Positions 27,301 to 40,800 of a DNA stretch of 64,000 nucleotides are shown here, one piece after another. Source of the DNA: Phoronis australis (lineage: Eukaryota > Animalia > Phoronida); NCBI GenBank assembly GCA_002633005.1, contig NMRA01000296.1, positions 226,399 to 290,398 of the forward strand, given 5' to 3'. The position numbers and the translations under genes were made by a program. Positions within the stretch are counted from its first letter, which is position 1, and each line of letters opens with the position of its first letter. Below the pieces are notes generated by a model that was given only the letters and a program-made list of their open reading frames with translations, was not told the origin of the DNA and did not search any database.

Positions 27301-30300
27301 ATTGATTGTTGATCATTACCAAAAAGCAGATGTCGCGTTGAAGGAGCAACACTTGGACATATCTTTTACAAAACTAAATTTAGTTTGCGATAAGTTCGTT
27401 TTAGTAAAGCTTTGAACTGACACGAAGCAGAATGTGTTACGTTGTAAGACACGAGTTGTAGTGCATAGTTACACTTTATACAAATTCTTTCTTCATTACC
27501 AAAAACTACTGAAGCAAAACCACAACGCCAGAGACGCTTGTGGTTTATGATTGGCGGAAGCCGAGCGTTCCAATGATTAATTCCTTTCGAGTTCTCAAAG
27601 GTGTGTTTGTTTTTGTAAGCGTGTATCACGCTACTGAAACATATTGCCAGCGGCTGGTCATCCCAGCTGGTCACGTCATAAGAACTAAAGTGTCGTGGTC
27701 AATGGATTTTATATTCTAGTCAGGTTAGGAAATGTAATGCCAATTGGGGGTCGTTCTGTGTAAACTTAAACTCACCAAACTACATTTTACTGAACACTTG
27801 TTAGCGCTACCATCACGATGGCCCCCGTTTTCGATTTGTTTTGGAACACTTTTGTAATCTAGGGTTAAATCGAAAGACTATTGGCCTTTGTGAAGACTCC
27901 TCGGGAACGAACTTTGTCGCTAACAGTTCATTAGTCAAAGACTGCTAATAATGATTTGCTTTTTTGTGGCGACAGTGATTTGACACTAGAAAAGGCGGTG
28001 CTTGATTCGTTTGAATTGTCTTTCTTTTTCTATGTCTATCTGAAAATGCATGGTATTTCGGGTATTGTCGAAGATACGCGTGCATTCGGGAAACGCTACT
28101 TTTAGTTTTGCGTTGGACCAATCCGAGCATTGTGATCACTACGCGTAACTAACCTCTGAGATGTAAAGGAAATGCATTGATCTTGTGAACAAAAGTCAAA
28201 GAAAGAAGTCTGTTAATATTCACGTATTTCACTAAGTATGAATCCCATACACAAGCATATTTCAACACGGGGCGCAAAATATTGTTGCTTTGCATGATTT
28301 TGGCTGAAGCTTTCACTAGGAGTTGGCCTGTTCACAAAACAATGAATTTCCACTTTTGTGACGGCTTGTTGACGGAGGGCATCTTTCTCCTCCCTGAAAT
28401 GCCTTCGTTGTTGCGTATGGTGGAGATACAAAAGTAGGCTTACTCTATTATGCGGAAAGTGTGTGCTTCTCGACACGCGAAAGCGACGGAATAAATATGC
28501 TTGACACCCAAAAGCAATTAGAAACGTCTTAGACAGGTTAATAAACCAAGCCTAACGTAAACTCGAATGCTGGTGTGTCTATCAATTAATATCATTTTTC
28601 GAACAAAAACAAAGCACAAAGTTATCATTAAAGGATTTACGTGTGATCTGATGGACCTTATTATTCATACCATGCAGTTTCATGAAGTTTGGTGTTTCTT
28701 CTTCTGATGTGGTTACGAAGAAACGATGAAACGACAGCCGTTTGATAACCTATTGAACACTGATGAGCTATGTCTGAGAACATATTCCTCATACTCTGTT
28801 TTGGGCACGCAATAATATTTGACTGAACCGCATGAATTATTTAAAACATTCTCAGCAAAACTTAAAAACACACTGATAATTTACATCTGTCAGTCCTTTG
28901 ACACCAGCTTCACTATATCGTATACCCAGGTGTCAGTCGAGAGATCATATCTGAAGTGTACCATAAAACAACGAATGGTACTTTTGGAATTCCATCATAA
29001 ATGATTAATGATCGGAAAATTTGATGGCTGCTTGAAGCCATAACGACATATGTCACCTTGCCATGCAATGTAGCGAGGAGGAATGTCAGCGATATCGCGC
29101 AATAGACGCAGTTACCTCGCGAATTTAAGATCTGACGCGACATTGGTTGCAAATCGTACGTAGGAATGTCCAATAAAAATATAGTTAGCTGATCACGAAC
29201 AGCGAGAGGCTGCAAAATCGGAGCCTTTGAGTGAATTCGAAACAGAATATTTGAGAACCTGCCGTGAGAAGATTTTATTGAAATATGAAATATGTACCAT
29301 TCGAGCAACCCATATTTGCATCTACGAAAATAGTCTATTCTATTAGAGAATTTTTAGAAATAATTGATTTTGTTGTGCGTAGTTTGCGTTTTTGTATTCC
29401 CTATTTGTTTGCCGTCGACTTCCTCGGTTCAAGGGGTGGAATTATTTCCGTTAACACCGCGCATCTAAATTCCAGCTACGATCCCCTAAACTCTAGTCCC
29501 AGACAAGCTGACAACAAACCCCGCGTTATAAATCTCCAAAACCGTGACCCAACACTCCCAACATAACCAAAAATGCTCCTTACCCATCTACCTAACTCCA
29601 GTCCCTAGACTAATTGGACCTACCCTCTGACACAGCACCACCTATTCGGAAACTGTGAAAGAGTGTTTAATTGGAGCATCAGTAGAAATCAAAAACCTAA
29701 CTCGAAATTTCTGCACTAGATTTTGTTTGTTTGTTTTTTGATAGACTGAACGAACCTGGGGTGGTGATGTGTTTTGGTATAGCGTCTTACATGAAATTGA
29801 AGTGAGGTGTGGATGAATTGTATTTAAACATAAATAAATTTTCACTTGACGAGGCATACTCTACACTTTATATTATTGAAAAGAATAGTAAGAATGGAGC
29901 ATGACAATATACGTTTGCTGAAATACACATTGTATTTGTCACGTGTTATCGATCACAATCATGAACTATGGCTGGAAAGTTCTGTACATTTTTACTGTTT
30001 ACTATGCACTTACAATGTACGGTAACTGACCCGGTTTAGCTGTAAAAGATTATGAGCTCTCGAGACTGCCATCAAAATCGCAGGACAGTTTTCCACCTAC
30101 ACTCAAATCGATTAGCTAAGTCAATAAGCAACTAATCGTTTTCTCAAGTTCAAATTGATGTTTTGAAATGCATTTTATGAAAGGGGCGTTTAGGGCTTTC
30201 AGATTGAATGGTATTTAATCCACATATAAAAACGATTATAATACTTTAGACCGCGTCTATTTTAAAGGTAAAACACCAAAAAATAAAAAAAAAATTGAAA

Positions 30301-32526
30301 AGTTTTCTACTCAACTTTTAGAAACTACTCGAATCTATGCTGGTAGTAACGTGACAGTGAAGATTATTTGAAAGATGTAATATTGATTCAGTCATAAAGA
30401 AGTCATGTGACTTTCAAACTGGAGAATGGTTGTCTATGACTGAAGTTCGTACATGCGCAGACACGTTCACCTCCGAGGGGAAGTTTGAGGTCATTACAAT
30501 AAACGAGGTGTTCTGGATGAACATTAGCTTGCACTTGCGCCTAAAAAATCTTCTGAACCAGTGAACTGAACAACACGTCAACCTCATCTGCCATTTTGCT
30601 AGAACTGGCTGATAAGATCCCGACCACGGCACCCGCGAAACACTCGTATGAAACTTTTTGACCACGGAACACTTTCCTGGTTTGGCATAGGCGGAAGCAC
30701 AAGCTCGTCACGTGTACGCATAACACAATATGAAACACTCGCGTAAAAGCTAGTTTCGTTGCACTTAATGATCTGAATTTGAAATTCCATTTACTACGTA
30801 AGCCAACACTGCCGTGCTTTCATATATGCACGACAACATGAACATTACTCTATCCGACAGTACACCAAAACGAATTGATCTGCCAACGACATAAAATGAA
30901 CCTACTTTGGAAAGGTTGGTCAACCGTGTCAAACTGACGGCATTTTGATACTGTCTCGCTTGCTGACGACTTGAACAGTCTGTTTGGAGATGGCATTTTT
31001 CATTTTGATATGCAAGCGTTTGACAACATTTTGTGAAGCTCAGCTGAGTAATTTAGATTATTGTTTGTGCATTGGGCGATCAGGAGACATAATTATGCCA
31101 CTCATTAATTAAGTGATATGCAGCGCCATCTTCAGTCTTTGAAAACTGTCCTCATATTGGGCAGCCGTTCCTAATTATACGATAACACCATGAACTGGGA
31201 ATGAGATGCATTCAACACCGGGATGATCCATAGTTGCTAACTTGACTCAGCTCAGTTTGAAGTTTGCTGGGCAACTTTATTAGCACTGAATGGGGAACTT
31301 AAACAAAAATATTGCTAAAGTTACTTTTTTTCTCTCTAATCAAACTAAATAAGTTTGTGGGCCTGGAACACATAGCATTGTCTTGAACGACTTGGCACTC
31401 GTCCAAACCTCTCTTACTGGTTCCTAGCCCAAACTAACTCATGCCTTGAAGAACATGACCATGAGAGGGCGCTGAATAAAGTAGAATAATTGCCTAACTT
31501 TTTGACATAGAGGTCATCGATAAAGAAACTACTAAGTAGTCTCGACTAGCGTAAGACAGTTCATCAATGGTGACAATAGACGGCCGGAAAACATGAAAGC
31601 GATTTACAAATAGGTATCGCCTTTTGTCGTAGACCGGGCGTTGATTACAACTTGTGAAATACTATATGAAAGGAGGATACGGCACAACACTGATACATAT
31701 CAGTGAACCCATGGGCGGACCTTGAAGCAAGGAAAGTTTTCAAACACGAAAAGCATTACTGTATTTAATTGAAAATATTGACGTTTACGCTCATGAGCCT
31801 GAAAGGATCCAGGCAATAGCCCGTATACTTTGAGGTGATCGCATGGCCTAAAGTTGTTTTACAAATGTCAAATCTTGTCGCGTATTCTTATCAATATCAG
31901 GCGTGAACTAAAAATGTTATTATTGTTATTTTGTAAAACTCACGTAAAAAGAAACATTTGAGTTGGAAATTCACAACAGTTAATGACATAATGCTAAGAC
32001 TTCGCCGTTGTTTTTTCATCTGAGCTACACTAAGAGAAAAACGTATACATTTACCGGATAGCCATTGGTCTTGAGCTATGTTCTAATACATGTCTGTCTC
32101 TACACTCAGATAGTCGTATGCGATTTCGTATGGTTCGATTGTAGCACACGACGAAACATGAGTTGAACAATTGCAGAAAAATGGAACGTGCTCAATAGAC
32201 TTTTTAACTCGAAAAGGGCCTGACATAACACACTCCTATTAATTACAAAAGACAGTCATTTATGATGCCGCATACCATCAATCGGATTTGGAAGACAGCA
32301 CTTGTGTAGAAGAGCACATATGAACTGCAACAATACAAGGCAGCCTCAGTAGTGCCTTGATAAACATAAATGACTCGAGAGTACGATTCGTTCCAACACC
32401 CTTACCTTTCGTGCATAGGGTAGGTACCATGTTGTCTAAATCCGAAGTTGCAAAAACTTCCAAAATAACGAGACATAAAACAATCCAAGACGTCCCGGGT
32501 CTCAAACAAATTAATTCCATCGACAT
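15382..32526 (-). CDS. TSPEAR: Thrombospondin-type laminin G domain and EAR repeat-containing protein (~689 aa, 10 coding exons)
   Basis: Exons 32526-32406 (signal peptide ...PTLCTK), 24330-23777 (LamG/TSPN: CDFFPEEFSVLVTLK..DGGWHT..LRVDCG), 22380-22254 (GLLKQLLIVPGGDA..CPS), 21421-21287, 20084-19825, 19006-18820, 18105-17876, 17011-16824, 16326-16219 and 15541-15382. Seven EAR repeats (FQ.I.T.GA.DWE.F.I....FLAVAN..S.IY.W). All junctions are GT-AG and in phase, 2070 nt in total. Confidence 0.93.
16367..16598. mobile_element. MITE, CATGCGCGCACCCAG-TIR family, copy 3 (TSPEAR intron)
   Basis: CATGCGCGCACTCAG ... CTGTGTGCGTGCATG with the 5-bp TSD TGTTA on both sides. Confidence 0.85.
20111..20592. 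mobile_element. Non-autonomous DNA transposon, AAGGTTATGTAGG-TIR family (degenerate copy)
   Basis: Starts TTAAGGTTATAT and ends GTCCTATGTAACCGACTTAA. Internal blocks (TATAAATATTTATGATGAATT, TTTTGGAGAACAGTAC, TATGATGT..CCAAATTTG) align by eye with the copies at 25131 and 54490. Confidence 0.6.
24451..24663. repeat. Degenerate ~41-45 bp tandem repeat (4-5 units)
   Basis: Recurring GTGTTGA(C/T)A(A/G)TG..(T)CAAAAGTC..ACA..CAATC units. Confidence 0.7.
25131..25820. mobile_element. AAGGTTATGTAGG-TIR family element containing an expanded minisatellite
   Basis: The start TAAGTTACGCAGGACCTTG and the blocks CTGTAGAATTT, TTTAGCAAAAA, TGATATAAATGTGCAGGATGAA and TTTTGGAGAACAGTAC match the reverse complement of 54490-54993. 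Confidence 0.7.
25299..25611. repeat. 21-bp minisatellite (GTATCAATAACATGACCAATA) x ~15
   Basis: Near-perfect tandem units. These generate the MTNSINN and LLILLVM pseudo-ORFs. Confidence 0.97.
27140..27200. repeat. (TG)n microsatellite
   Basis: Imperfect TG run. Confidence 0.9.
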
Positions 32527-35500
32527 TTCCCTTGGTTATATTAAAGTTGTCTTGATAATTTCTCTTCTCCCCGCTTAGACTAGTTGTAAGAGAGAAAATT
32601 CCTCTCCACAGATAACAAAAGCTGCCAAGCTGTGCATCTTAATGCACGGTTCTGCCACAAAACGTCAAACAGGCAAGACAGGCATAGTTTCCATTTTTCT
32701 CAATGTCTTTTGTGCCGATACGTTATCTCCAATTAAACGTTCCCGCTTCGTCTCTCCTCAAGAACGTCTACGCGTGTGCTCAACTCAGGGTTAACATGTA
32801 AAGCCCATAAATATGCGCCGTGGTTAAAACCAAGTGCTAACTCGACATAGTTTCAGCATTTGATCGCTTCTTTGAAATGCAAACTCCCGGGAAAACTGCC
32901 GTAAATTTCAAAATCACTCCGATGTGTACCATACAACTCGATTTATGCTGTTTTATAGTCTGTTTTTGTCAATCAGTCACACGCTTGACTGATCTAAAAG
33001 CGGGCGTTGAGCGCAACTCGCACGCACAGAGGCCTCTCAAAAGCGATAACACGAAACAAGGGTTAGATCAAACGACGGAAGATATAAGACACTTCAAGGG
33101 TAATATTTACGCTATCGCTTTTGTATGCAGAGTTCTTAATCGCTCGCGAAGCCCGAAGGAAACAAAACTGGCGGAAATTAGAACAAATTAGCAAACACGA
33201 TAAAACTTCATTGGAGCGTGCCGATCCTTTGAAAGAATGAATTTTTCAGACGGAGTCCCTTGAGGTGTTTCGTGGTTTCTTTAATTAAAGGTTATGTTAT
33301 CGTTGTAGTGTTCTCTATCATCTATCTTCACTATCGCTTATATAGTCAAGAAAGTTTGGAGTTTAAGTACATGTATGGCCTCACGCGGCCCATAATGAAG
33401 AAGTGTACCAGTCCATTTTAAACGTCGTGCATACTTGTACCGGGGCGTAATATGTTAGAACGCCACGGAGCGCCCGCGTCTTTGAAACCATTGTTTAGGT
33501 TCGCGTTTTGCGGTGGAACATTTCGTTTTGTTACTCTAACGAGTTAGCGTTCCTACATGTAGTTGCGCACACAATAAAAAATGGACCGAATGGAGTGGCT
33601 TTCGTTGCTTCAACTGAAAGATCCATCACATATATCTTGATTTATTCCTGTTTGAAGTTTACGATTTCGGCTTGGCCTAATTACTTCTGCGTGTGCAAAG
33701 TATAGAAACAGACCCCCTAAATCATTGTATAAACAAGGTTAATTTAGAAATAGGTTATGCATTAATTAAATGATTTACTTGTACACATGGCCATCGATAC
33801 AAAATGCAACATATAAACAAGGGCTATGTACACTATTGTTGGGGCCATAATACACATATTTCACAATTGAGATGTCAGGTTTACTTACAATTTTATAAAT
33901 GTTTAACATTGAAGGATTTGTCCACATGCTCTCACTTAAAAACCTAACTCTAACTTTAGAGAAAGTGTAGCAAACCACCAAAATGTGATATTCATACGCG
34001 AACACAATACACACGCTCTTCACACTGACTGCCAGTTGTCATTGCCAGTTTATGTTTAGGACTAAGTAGACGTGTAAAACATTGAACAAACAATTTTGGA
34101 AGACAATTTTTTAAGGTCAAAATTACGTTTGCAATTCTTAAGTTGCCGACTTTACTCCCAAAAGTATTCAAATGTTAGCTGGCAAATTTTGACGAAAATC
34201 GAAAATGCTGATTGACAGATAATACGAACGGATACGTGCTAGCTCCAACTCAAACGTGTGCTTTGACGAAAGTATGCAGTAATCGAGATTCTGAAAAAAG
34301 CTGTGATGTTTATGCCTTTGAAGTATTTGCATACAAAAGCGAAATATTTTGCTAAACAAAACTTATCAAGCAGATCACTATATAAATTACTGTAATAATT
34401 TCTTTGACGCTACACGCATGCAACTCACACATTCCTACATTTTTAGGAGGCGGTTATAGAATGGCAGTGGCTTTTGTATTCATGGTCATTGACAAAATAA
34501 TAAAACATTCATTTTCTATTTTTAGAAAATATAGTTTTTGTGAAGTGTTGTGTGTAACAGTTTTATTCATCGTTTCACTATGTGAAACTACTTATCAAAT
34601 ATTTTCATTTTATGTTGGAGGACAGAGTCTTTAATCTTTTCCTGTCGTCACGCCCCAATATTTACACGTACGGCAACCGTAATTAACCGAGGGGTTGCCT
34701 AGTGCAGCGCGATAATGAATCGATGGAATAGCAATCTTCCCTTACCACGCAAACAAACCTATCAACCCATTCACTCCTTCAATTGCCCGATCGTGAACAT
34801 ATCTTTGTATTTAGTGCTTACTGACAAAACCAAATAACGGCAAATCGTTTGTATGCAAGGCGTTTCCACGGCAAAAGCACGACTTTGAAAATCCGTGTTC
34901 TTTTTCTTTCTTACGCCCCGCTGTGTGCAAACATTTAATGGATAGGCGAGTAAGTCGCCAAAACACTGGAACGGGTTTCAACGTTAAAATAATACCGCGC
35001 TTCGTTACTGCATACGCTGCTGTCAAGCTCTCTGTCAAAATCATAACTTTTGACTTGCACCACGTGCTGTTATGGAACATTCCTGAACTTATTTCTTACT
35101 CAGGTTAGAAGAGAGTTCTAGGCTTGCAAAGAAGTGACAGTTTTTCTTTGCTTGAAACAACCGTCCGTATCAAATGGACTACTTGTTCCTGGTCGCAAGC
35201 TATAACAAAATGTACCTTCTTCCCAAGCCTAAAAGCCACTTCTAATCTGCCTGGATAAAAGCTAAGTCCAGTCGTAATGAACATGACATGTTTTTCTATT
35301 CTACGTGGCGTAGGTGATAAGAATATAACAAAATAAATTCTATAAATGTATCGCAAAGAAAGATTGAATATGCAACTATATGTAATGCACCCAAATAAGT
35401 AATTACATGTACCCATGATGTGTGGCTACACATTGCGGCAAGCCTGGGTTCCAGAAAAAAGGCTGCAAAAGTTTTCATGTTAGAGGGAAAATAACTTGAA

Positions 35501-37818
35501 CAAAATTCGAACACTCCAGCTCATTAATTGTATCAAAAATCCACGTTTATAAAAGCCTGAGTCTATTAAAACCACGTTTCACATTCTGTTGAATCTGTAT
35601 TCGGAGTCTTTCATGTACCAACGTACTTCTTCAATCGTTGATTAAGGGGGCCCCTGTTTTTCTCCGTACGAGACCCGCGACACAAAACCACAAAACAATA
35701 TTTATCCACACCGTTTTCCCTAGCGCCTTTTTTCTCGAAGATATTATTGGCTTTTGTTTTTAACTTTAGCCTAAAGTCGGAAATCTGACTTCAGTCAAAA
35801 GTTACGTTTCTTCTTTTCCGTTCCTCGAAACGTTAATTGTCTTCCGTCCAGTCGAGAAGACTATTGATTTCTGTCCTTTGTTTTTGAGTTGTAGACAGAT
35901 TTTCTGACCTTTAACCTTAGTCTATTGTCGTGAAACAGGTCTGTTCATCCGTAGATGCTTTTAGCCGAAAGTCACAAGCCAAAATCCAATAGAATCTTTG
36001 AGAAACAAACCGCTGTTGCCGCCAGGTTTTTATGGCTCGAACCCACACGGTCTTTTTCAATCAATATTTTTCAAACGAATCGTCTGACAGTAAACCGCTG
36101 GTTGCGCACTCTATTGGGGCGGATTATATTGCCAGTTTGCCAAAAATATTCGATAAGTTTACAGTTTTGTCAACCATTGAATTATTTCCTGAACTATTAC
36201 ATTAGGTGTAAAGCCAAGGTTAATGACTGTGTAGCTCCCTCAAATGAAAAAATGGAGTGGGTCAGGTCAATCACGTGGTCTAAATGCGGAGTGATTGGCG
36301 CGAATGGTATTCAATAGTTCTTTAATTTTGTTTTGAATAAAAAAGTCTACCCATCTGCTTTGTTTTATCAGAATCTGGAAGTCATTCTGAATGCACAAGC
36401 TGATACTTTGTCTGCAAATACATCTACCCTTCAGACAAATGTAAACTGGATAAACATAGCGGTAATGCCATATTGTAGCTTAGTTGTCAAGAATGTTTGT
36501 AATATTGTCCCCACTCTGAAACCTGGCAGTCGTGTATTTGTGATTTTGGGGTGAATAATACCAAATTCACATATTGTAAGTTTTTGGCATATAGATTTTT
36601 TTACGATCGACCTAGGCAAACAGGCATGGATTCGTTGAATTTCGGTAACTTTTGCAAGTTATGCATTTTTGTTAGGTGTCCTGAGACTGACTAGTCAGTA
36701 GCGAGGGCTTTCGTTGAACCAGTTTGTGATTTCGACAAGATCAGCCAGTTAAGCTGTGGTCTTAGCCCGTAATCAGACTTGATGTTTAGTCCGTATATCA
36801 GAGATGTGAGTAGCCTGAGGACCAGAGCAGCAAATTACGACCTCTCATCAAAGGAAACAGAAAAAATCCGAAAAACGTAAAAATATTGCAAACGAATAAG
36901 ACAGTTCGCTCAGGAATTAATTACGGAACAATGACTTGAACATAACACACGTATTTGACAGAGCAGGTCCTCAAGTAGTGGGGTGGGGTGTTTCTGAAGA
37001 ACAAAAACGTTTGTTACGTCAAATAGTAGGCATTGTGAAACAAGGAACAACGAATGAGAAGACATATACCTCGTATACACGAAACCTAGCAACCCCAACA
37101 TTCACAATGGTATCTCCCTTACACATGCCCAACCTCTTTCTTATAAGCAATCATCGGATTAAAAATTTGAATAAGAATTCTGATACAGGCCGATTAATAG
37201 TATTACAAATTGCACTATCTTTCGTTTTTTGTTGTGGTTTTCATTGATTTTCATTTTTGTCTTCTTGCATAACTCACCTTATCAAAATCTTTATAAATAA
37301 CCCTGCCGATTTTTTCATTTATCTACTTTGAGGCAAATTTGCTTCTATGCAAAGATTCTTAATGAAGATTCACAATTAGAAATAACATTTTTGATTTCCT
37401 CATTTATTTACTTTGAGGCAGATTTATTTGTACACAGAAATTGTTAATGAAGCGTCACAATAACATAGATATATCCGTCTTATCTAAACAGTGGATACAT
37501 AAAATACGTAAGTATTGCATATCTTTGAGTAAAATTCATCATACACTACGAATACTGTGTTAGACCACCACGCAAGTAGATTCAACATGGCCACCGGAGT
37601 AATGTCAACTATTAAATAAAGCTTGCATTTACGAGCAATCTCCATGTTGTAATATTAATGATTCATCGTAAATACCATAACCCAAGGGCTTATAACTAGC
37701 ATAATTATTAGATGAACAAAAGTTCATTATTTTCACGATTACGCACCTTCAGTTTCATTAGAGTCGTAATTTATTCTGGGGTGACGTGGTCGTAGGGGCA
37801 ATATTTCCTTCACTACAG

Positions 37819-40800
37819 GCCNCGACAGGTATCTCAAGAAAACAAGCCCATATGCTAAGTGGTAAGTTGGTCGGTAAAACTGTTTACTTAACCTCATTGG
37901 TGATTGATAGGATTTGCACAATATATACAGAAATTATACATACTTATTCTTCATCGCTATTATATTAGTGTGAATTAAACGATGTGTAAATATTTTGTAT
38001 TGCGTCAGAGGTACACCAATGCGCGTGCAGTGTCGGTAAGCAGTCGTGTCTCGACTGAGAACGTACTATTTGTTTCGTGTGATGAAGTACGGTTAACTTT
38101 GCTTTTAATTGTGCAAAATTTTAATGTTTATTCGAGGGGGGGGGGGCTCAGATCCAATTTCAAGTGTCAAATTCGTGACGGAACTATGGCTAGTAAGTAT
38201 GGGCTCTCCCGCGATATCCCAGGCGACCGGCAGTGGCGCTGCGCACTACGACTCCGTTTCCGTCGTCTGCTCCACTGTGCAATGAAGAAAATTAAATTGA
38301 CTTCATTTTTAAAGAAAATGGAACCTGAGTGACGATGAAAAAACAGAAGCTGCTGGTAAGATGTGAATTTTAATCGAAGCCTTAGTGAATCAGTCAGAAA
38401 CTCATAATTCTCTCTTTGTCAAACCTTGACTTAAGACGATTTTCAAAGCAATCCCGTCATTATTGCCAACACGAAAAACGGATTTGGTCTTTTGGGCATT
38501 TGAAGACTATTTTAAATACAACAAATTTGTTAAGAACCGATTGCACAAAATGTAAAACGTGTAATAAGCATAACAAAAAGAAGTTGGTTTCGCGCGCAAA
38601 CGCTGTGGACCATAAACAAGTAGGACTCTTAGTAGTAGTTAAATCGTGGTGGTGTAGTGGTAAAGCACGCGCGCTCTATCTGCCAGGTCGTGAGTTCGAG
38701 TCTGTGGTACTTGTAGTTTTTCCTGTTTGATACGTTCTCCATGTTTTTTTTTTGCTTTTTTTCTTGGATAATTCTTTAGAAATCAAGGAAAATGCTTGAT
38801 TTTTAGAGGAAAAAACAGTGCTATGCGCATCAATCGTGGTTTGCGCAAATGCTTACAGCCGGACAAAATGTTGCCCCCACCGTCTTGTGATATCCTAGAT
38901 CCGCCACTGCTTTTAGTCGTAAGATATCATTATACAGATTTTCCAACTCACCTTTCTTGCGGTAGGTGTCAAACTTGGGTCTAACATGAAAATTATTACC
39001 CAGTGCGAGAAAGTCCTTTTCTGCAGCGTCCAAATCATAGTCATACCGGTTCACATAGGTATCACGTTCCTCTGGTAGTTTAACGTCACTCTGGTAGAGA
39101 CTGCGCAGTTTCTCCATGAGATTCTTCTGAGACGTGAGCTCATGTTTCGCTTTGTTCTCATCAGTTATTGTATCTATGTTCAGTTGAGAGTAGAGTTTTG
39201 TTCCGAAAGTACGAATGTAACGGAATAAAGACTGTGAACAATGAAAAGTGTCGTGCGTTTAATTCTGCCTGTCAAAATCGAGAACGCTAGTGCGGGCTTG
39301 GAAAAGCTACACTGTAGGGTATATTAGGGCTTCATAGTCGGCTACAGATTGATTCCAAAAGTGGAAGTCTACGTAAAACAATACATTTCTGAAGAGAATT
39401 CTGTTTACACACAATGAGCAGAAAATCGGTGTTGAAATTAAGTGTCATGATCTTGTGGCCTGTAGAAATGAAAAAACATCAGAAATCGTACGTCACGGTG
39501 ATTTTGTTTCACGCTTTGGCTCCGTCTATGGAAGCTTGGTGGTTCTGTAACGTGATTGTAAACTCACTCATGTTTTTCATTTCAGGGTTGTCTGCAGTGC
39601 CTTAGCCTTAGCCCTGGTGATTTTCCTAATCCTCGACACCTGGCGCAATCCTGGCAACCTGAGGTCGGCTGCTGCTTTACTCATTTTCATCATTGTTCTT
39701 CTGTTCACATCTCGGCACAAAACGCAAGTATGTGCCGGGCCAACTTGAATAAATTGACTTTCCTGTTTGTCATACAGCGTCCAGTCAGTTTCTGAAATGA
39801 TGCTGGAACAATTAAGCTTTGCAGGCATTGACCTCCCCAACAAAGTCATAACTTCTTTGAAAAGATTTTTGTTAAATTTAAAATTCATGCTTCAGATTTC
39901 ATCGAAGCTGCAAATCCGCTACCGAGATAACTGGGTATTTTCTTAGCCTCAAATTTTCCCTCGGAGGTGGACGTGGCGACTTCAATCATACGGCAAGTTA
40001 AGTGACTTTCAAACATGACAATGATTGGCGTTATGCTTGAAGTTTAAACATGTGGAGATCTTAGGTGGAGATTACATGCCTCGAAAATATCAGAGGAGAT
40101 CCGGATGATAGAGAGATTGGCTGATAAAATGCAAAAGATACTACTACTGCTAAGTGTTTTCCTATATTTCAGCGAAAATTTTCATTTCTGCAATTTTATT
40201 ACGGGTCACCTATGATGTTACACATATTCGACTACTTGTTTTAGCTCGTCGTTGCATAACTGACATTCTGCAAAAGTCTTCATATTTCTGTAATTCTTTC
40301 GGTGTAGATTACATGGCAATACTTTCGCATAAGTCGTCACTCCAATAAGTCGACAAGTTTTAGTGGGGTAGCGTCTATCGAATAATACTACAAGCCTGAC
40401 TATTGTCCAGCATTCACGTATTACATTGTTCGTTTATTAGTAGAAAATTTTGTAATCATTCTGGTTTCGTTAGAAGCATTCACGTTATTTATTAAAAATT
40501 TGAAAATCAAAACAAATGTCTCACAACACAAATGTGTCTTTGAGTTCGTCGACTGCATGGCGATATCTCTTATTGAAGTGTTGGGTGATCTCACAACAAA
40601 CGGAATGCAGTCGAAGTCAAATCACGTGGCACCTTTAATCTACTGACGAACGTCCCATCATCGATAACCTCCCTTCTCCTCTCAATCTCTTCAGATGTTT
40701 AAGTCGCTCGTTGCTGTTATGGGAAGAAAAAATTTAAATCAGTCTTGGGTTTTGTAGACTCAAAAATTTGCAATTACGCAAGATCTCGCGAGATTTCTTG

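Noticed and set aside
30414-30790. Overlapping minus-strand ORFs in TSPEAR intron 1 (possible nested gene)
   Set aside because: Short, mutually out of frame, and without a recognisable domain or splice chain.
38315-38355. Exon-like segment with ATGs as the SLC28 start
   Set aside because: The only phase that joins the 39586 exon in the transporter frame contains a TGA.
38646-38702. Functional tRNA gene (also considered for 48578-48660 and 53768-53843)
   Set aside because: A/B-box-like motifs are present but there is no complete cloverleaf or acceptor stem, so these are treated as tRNA-derived repeats.
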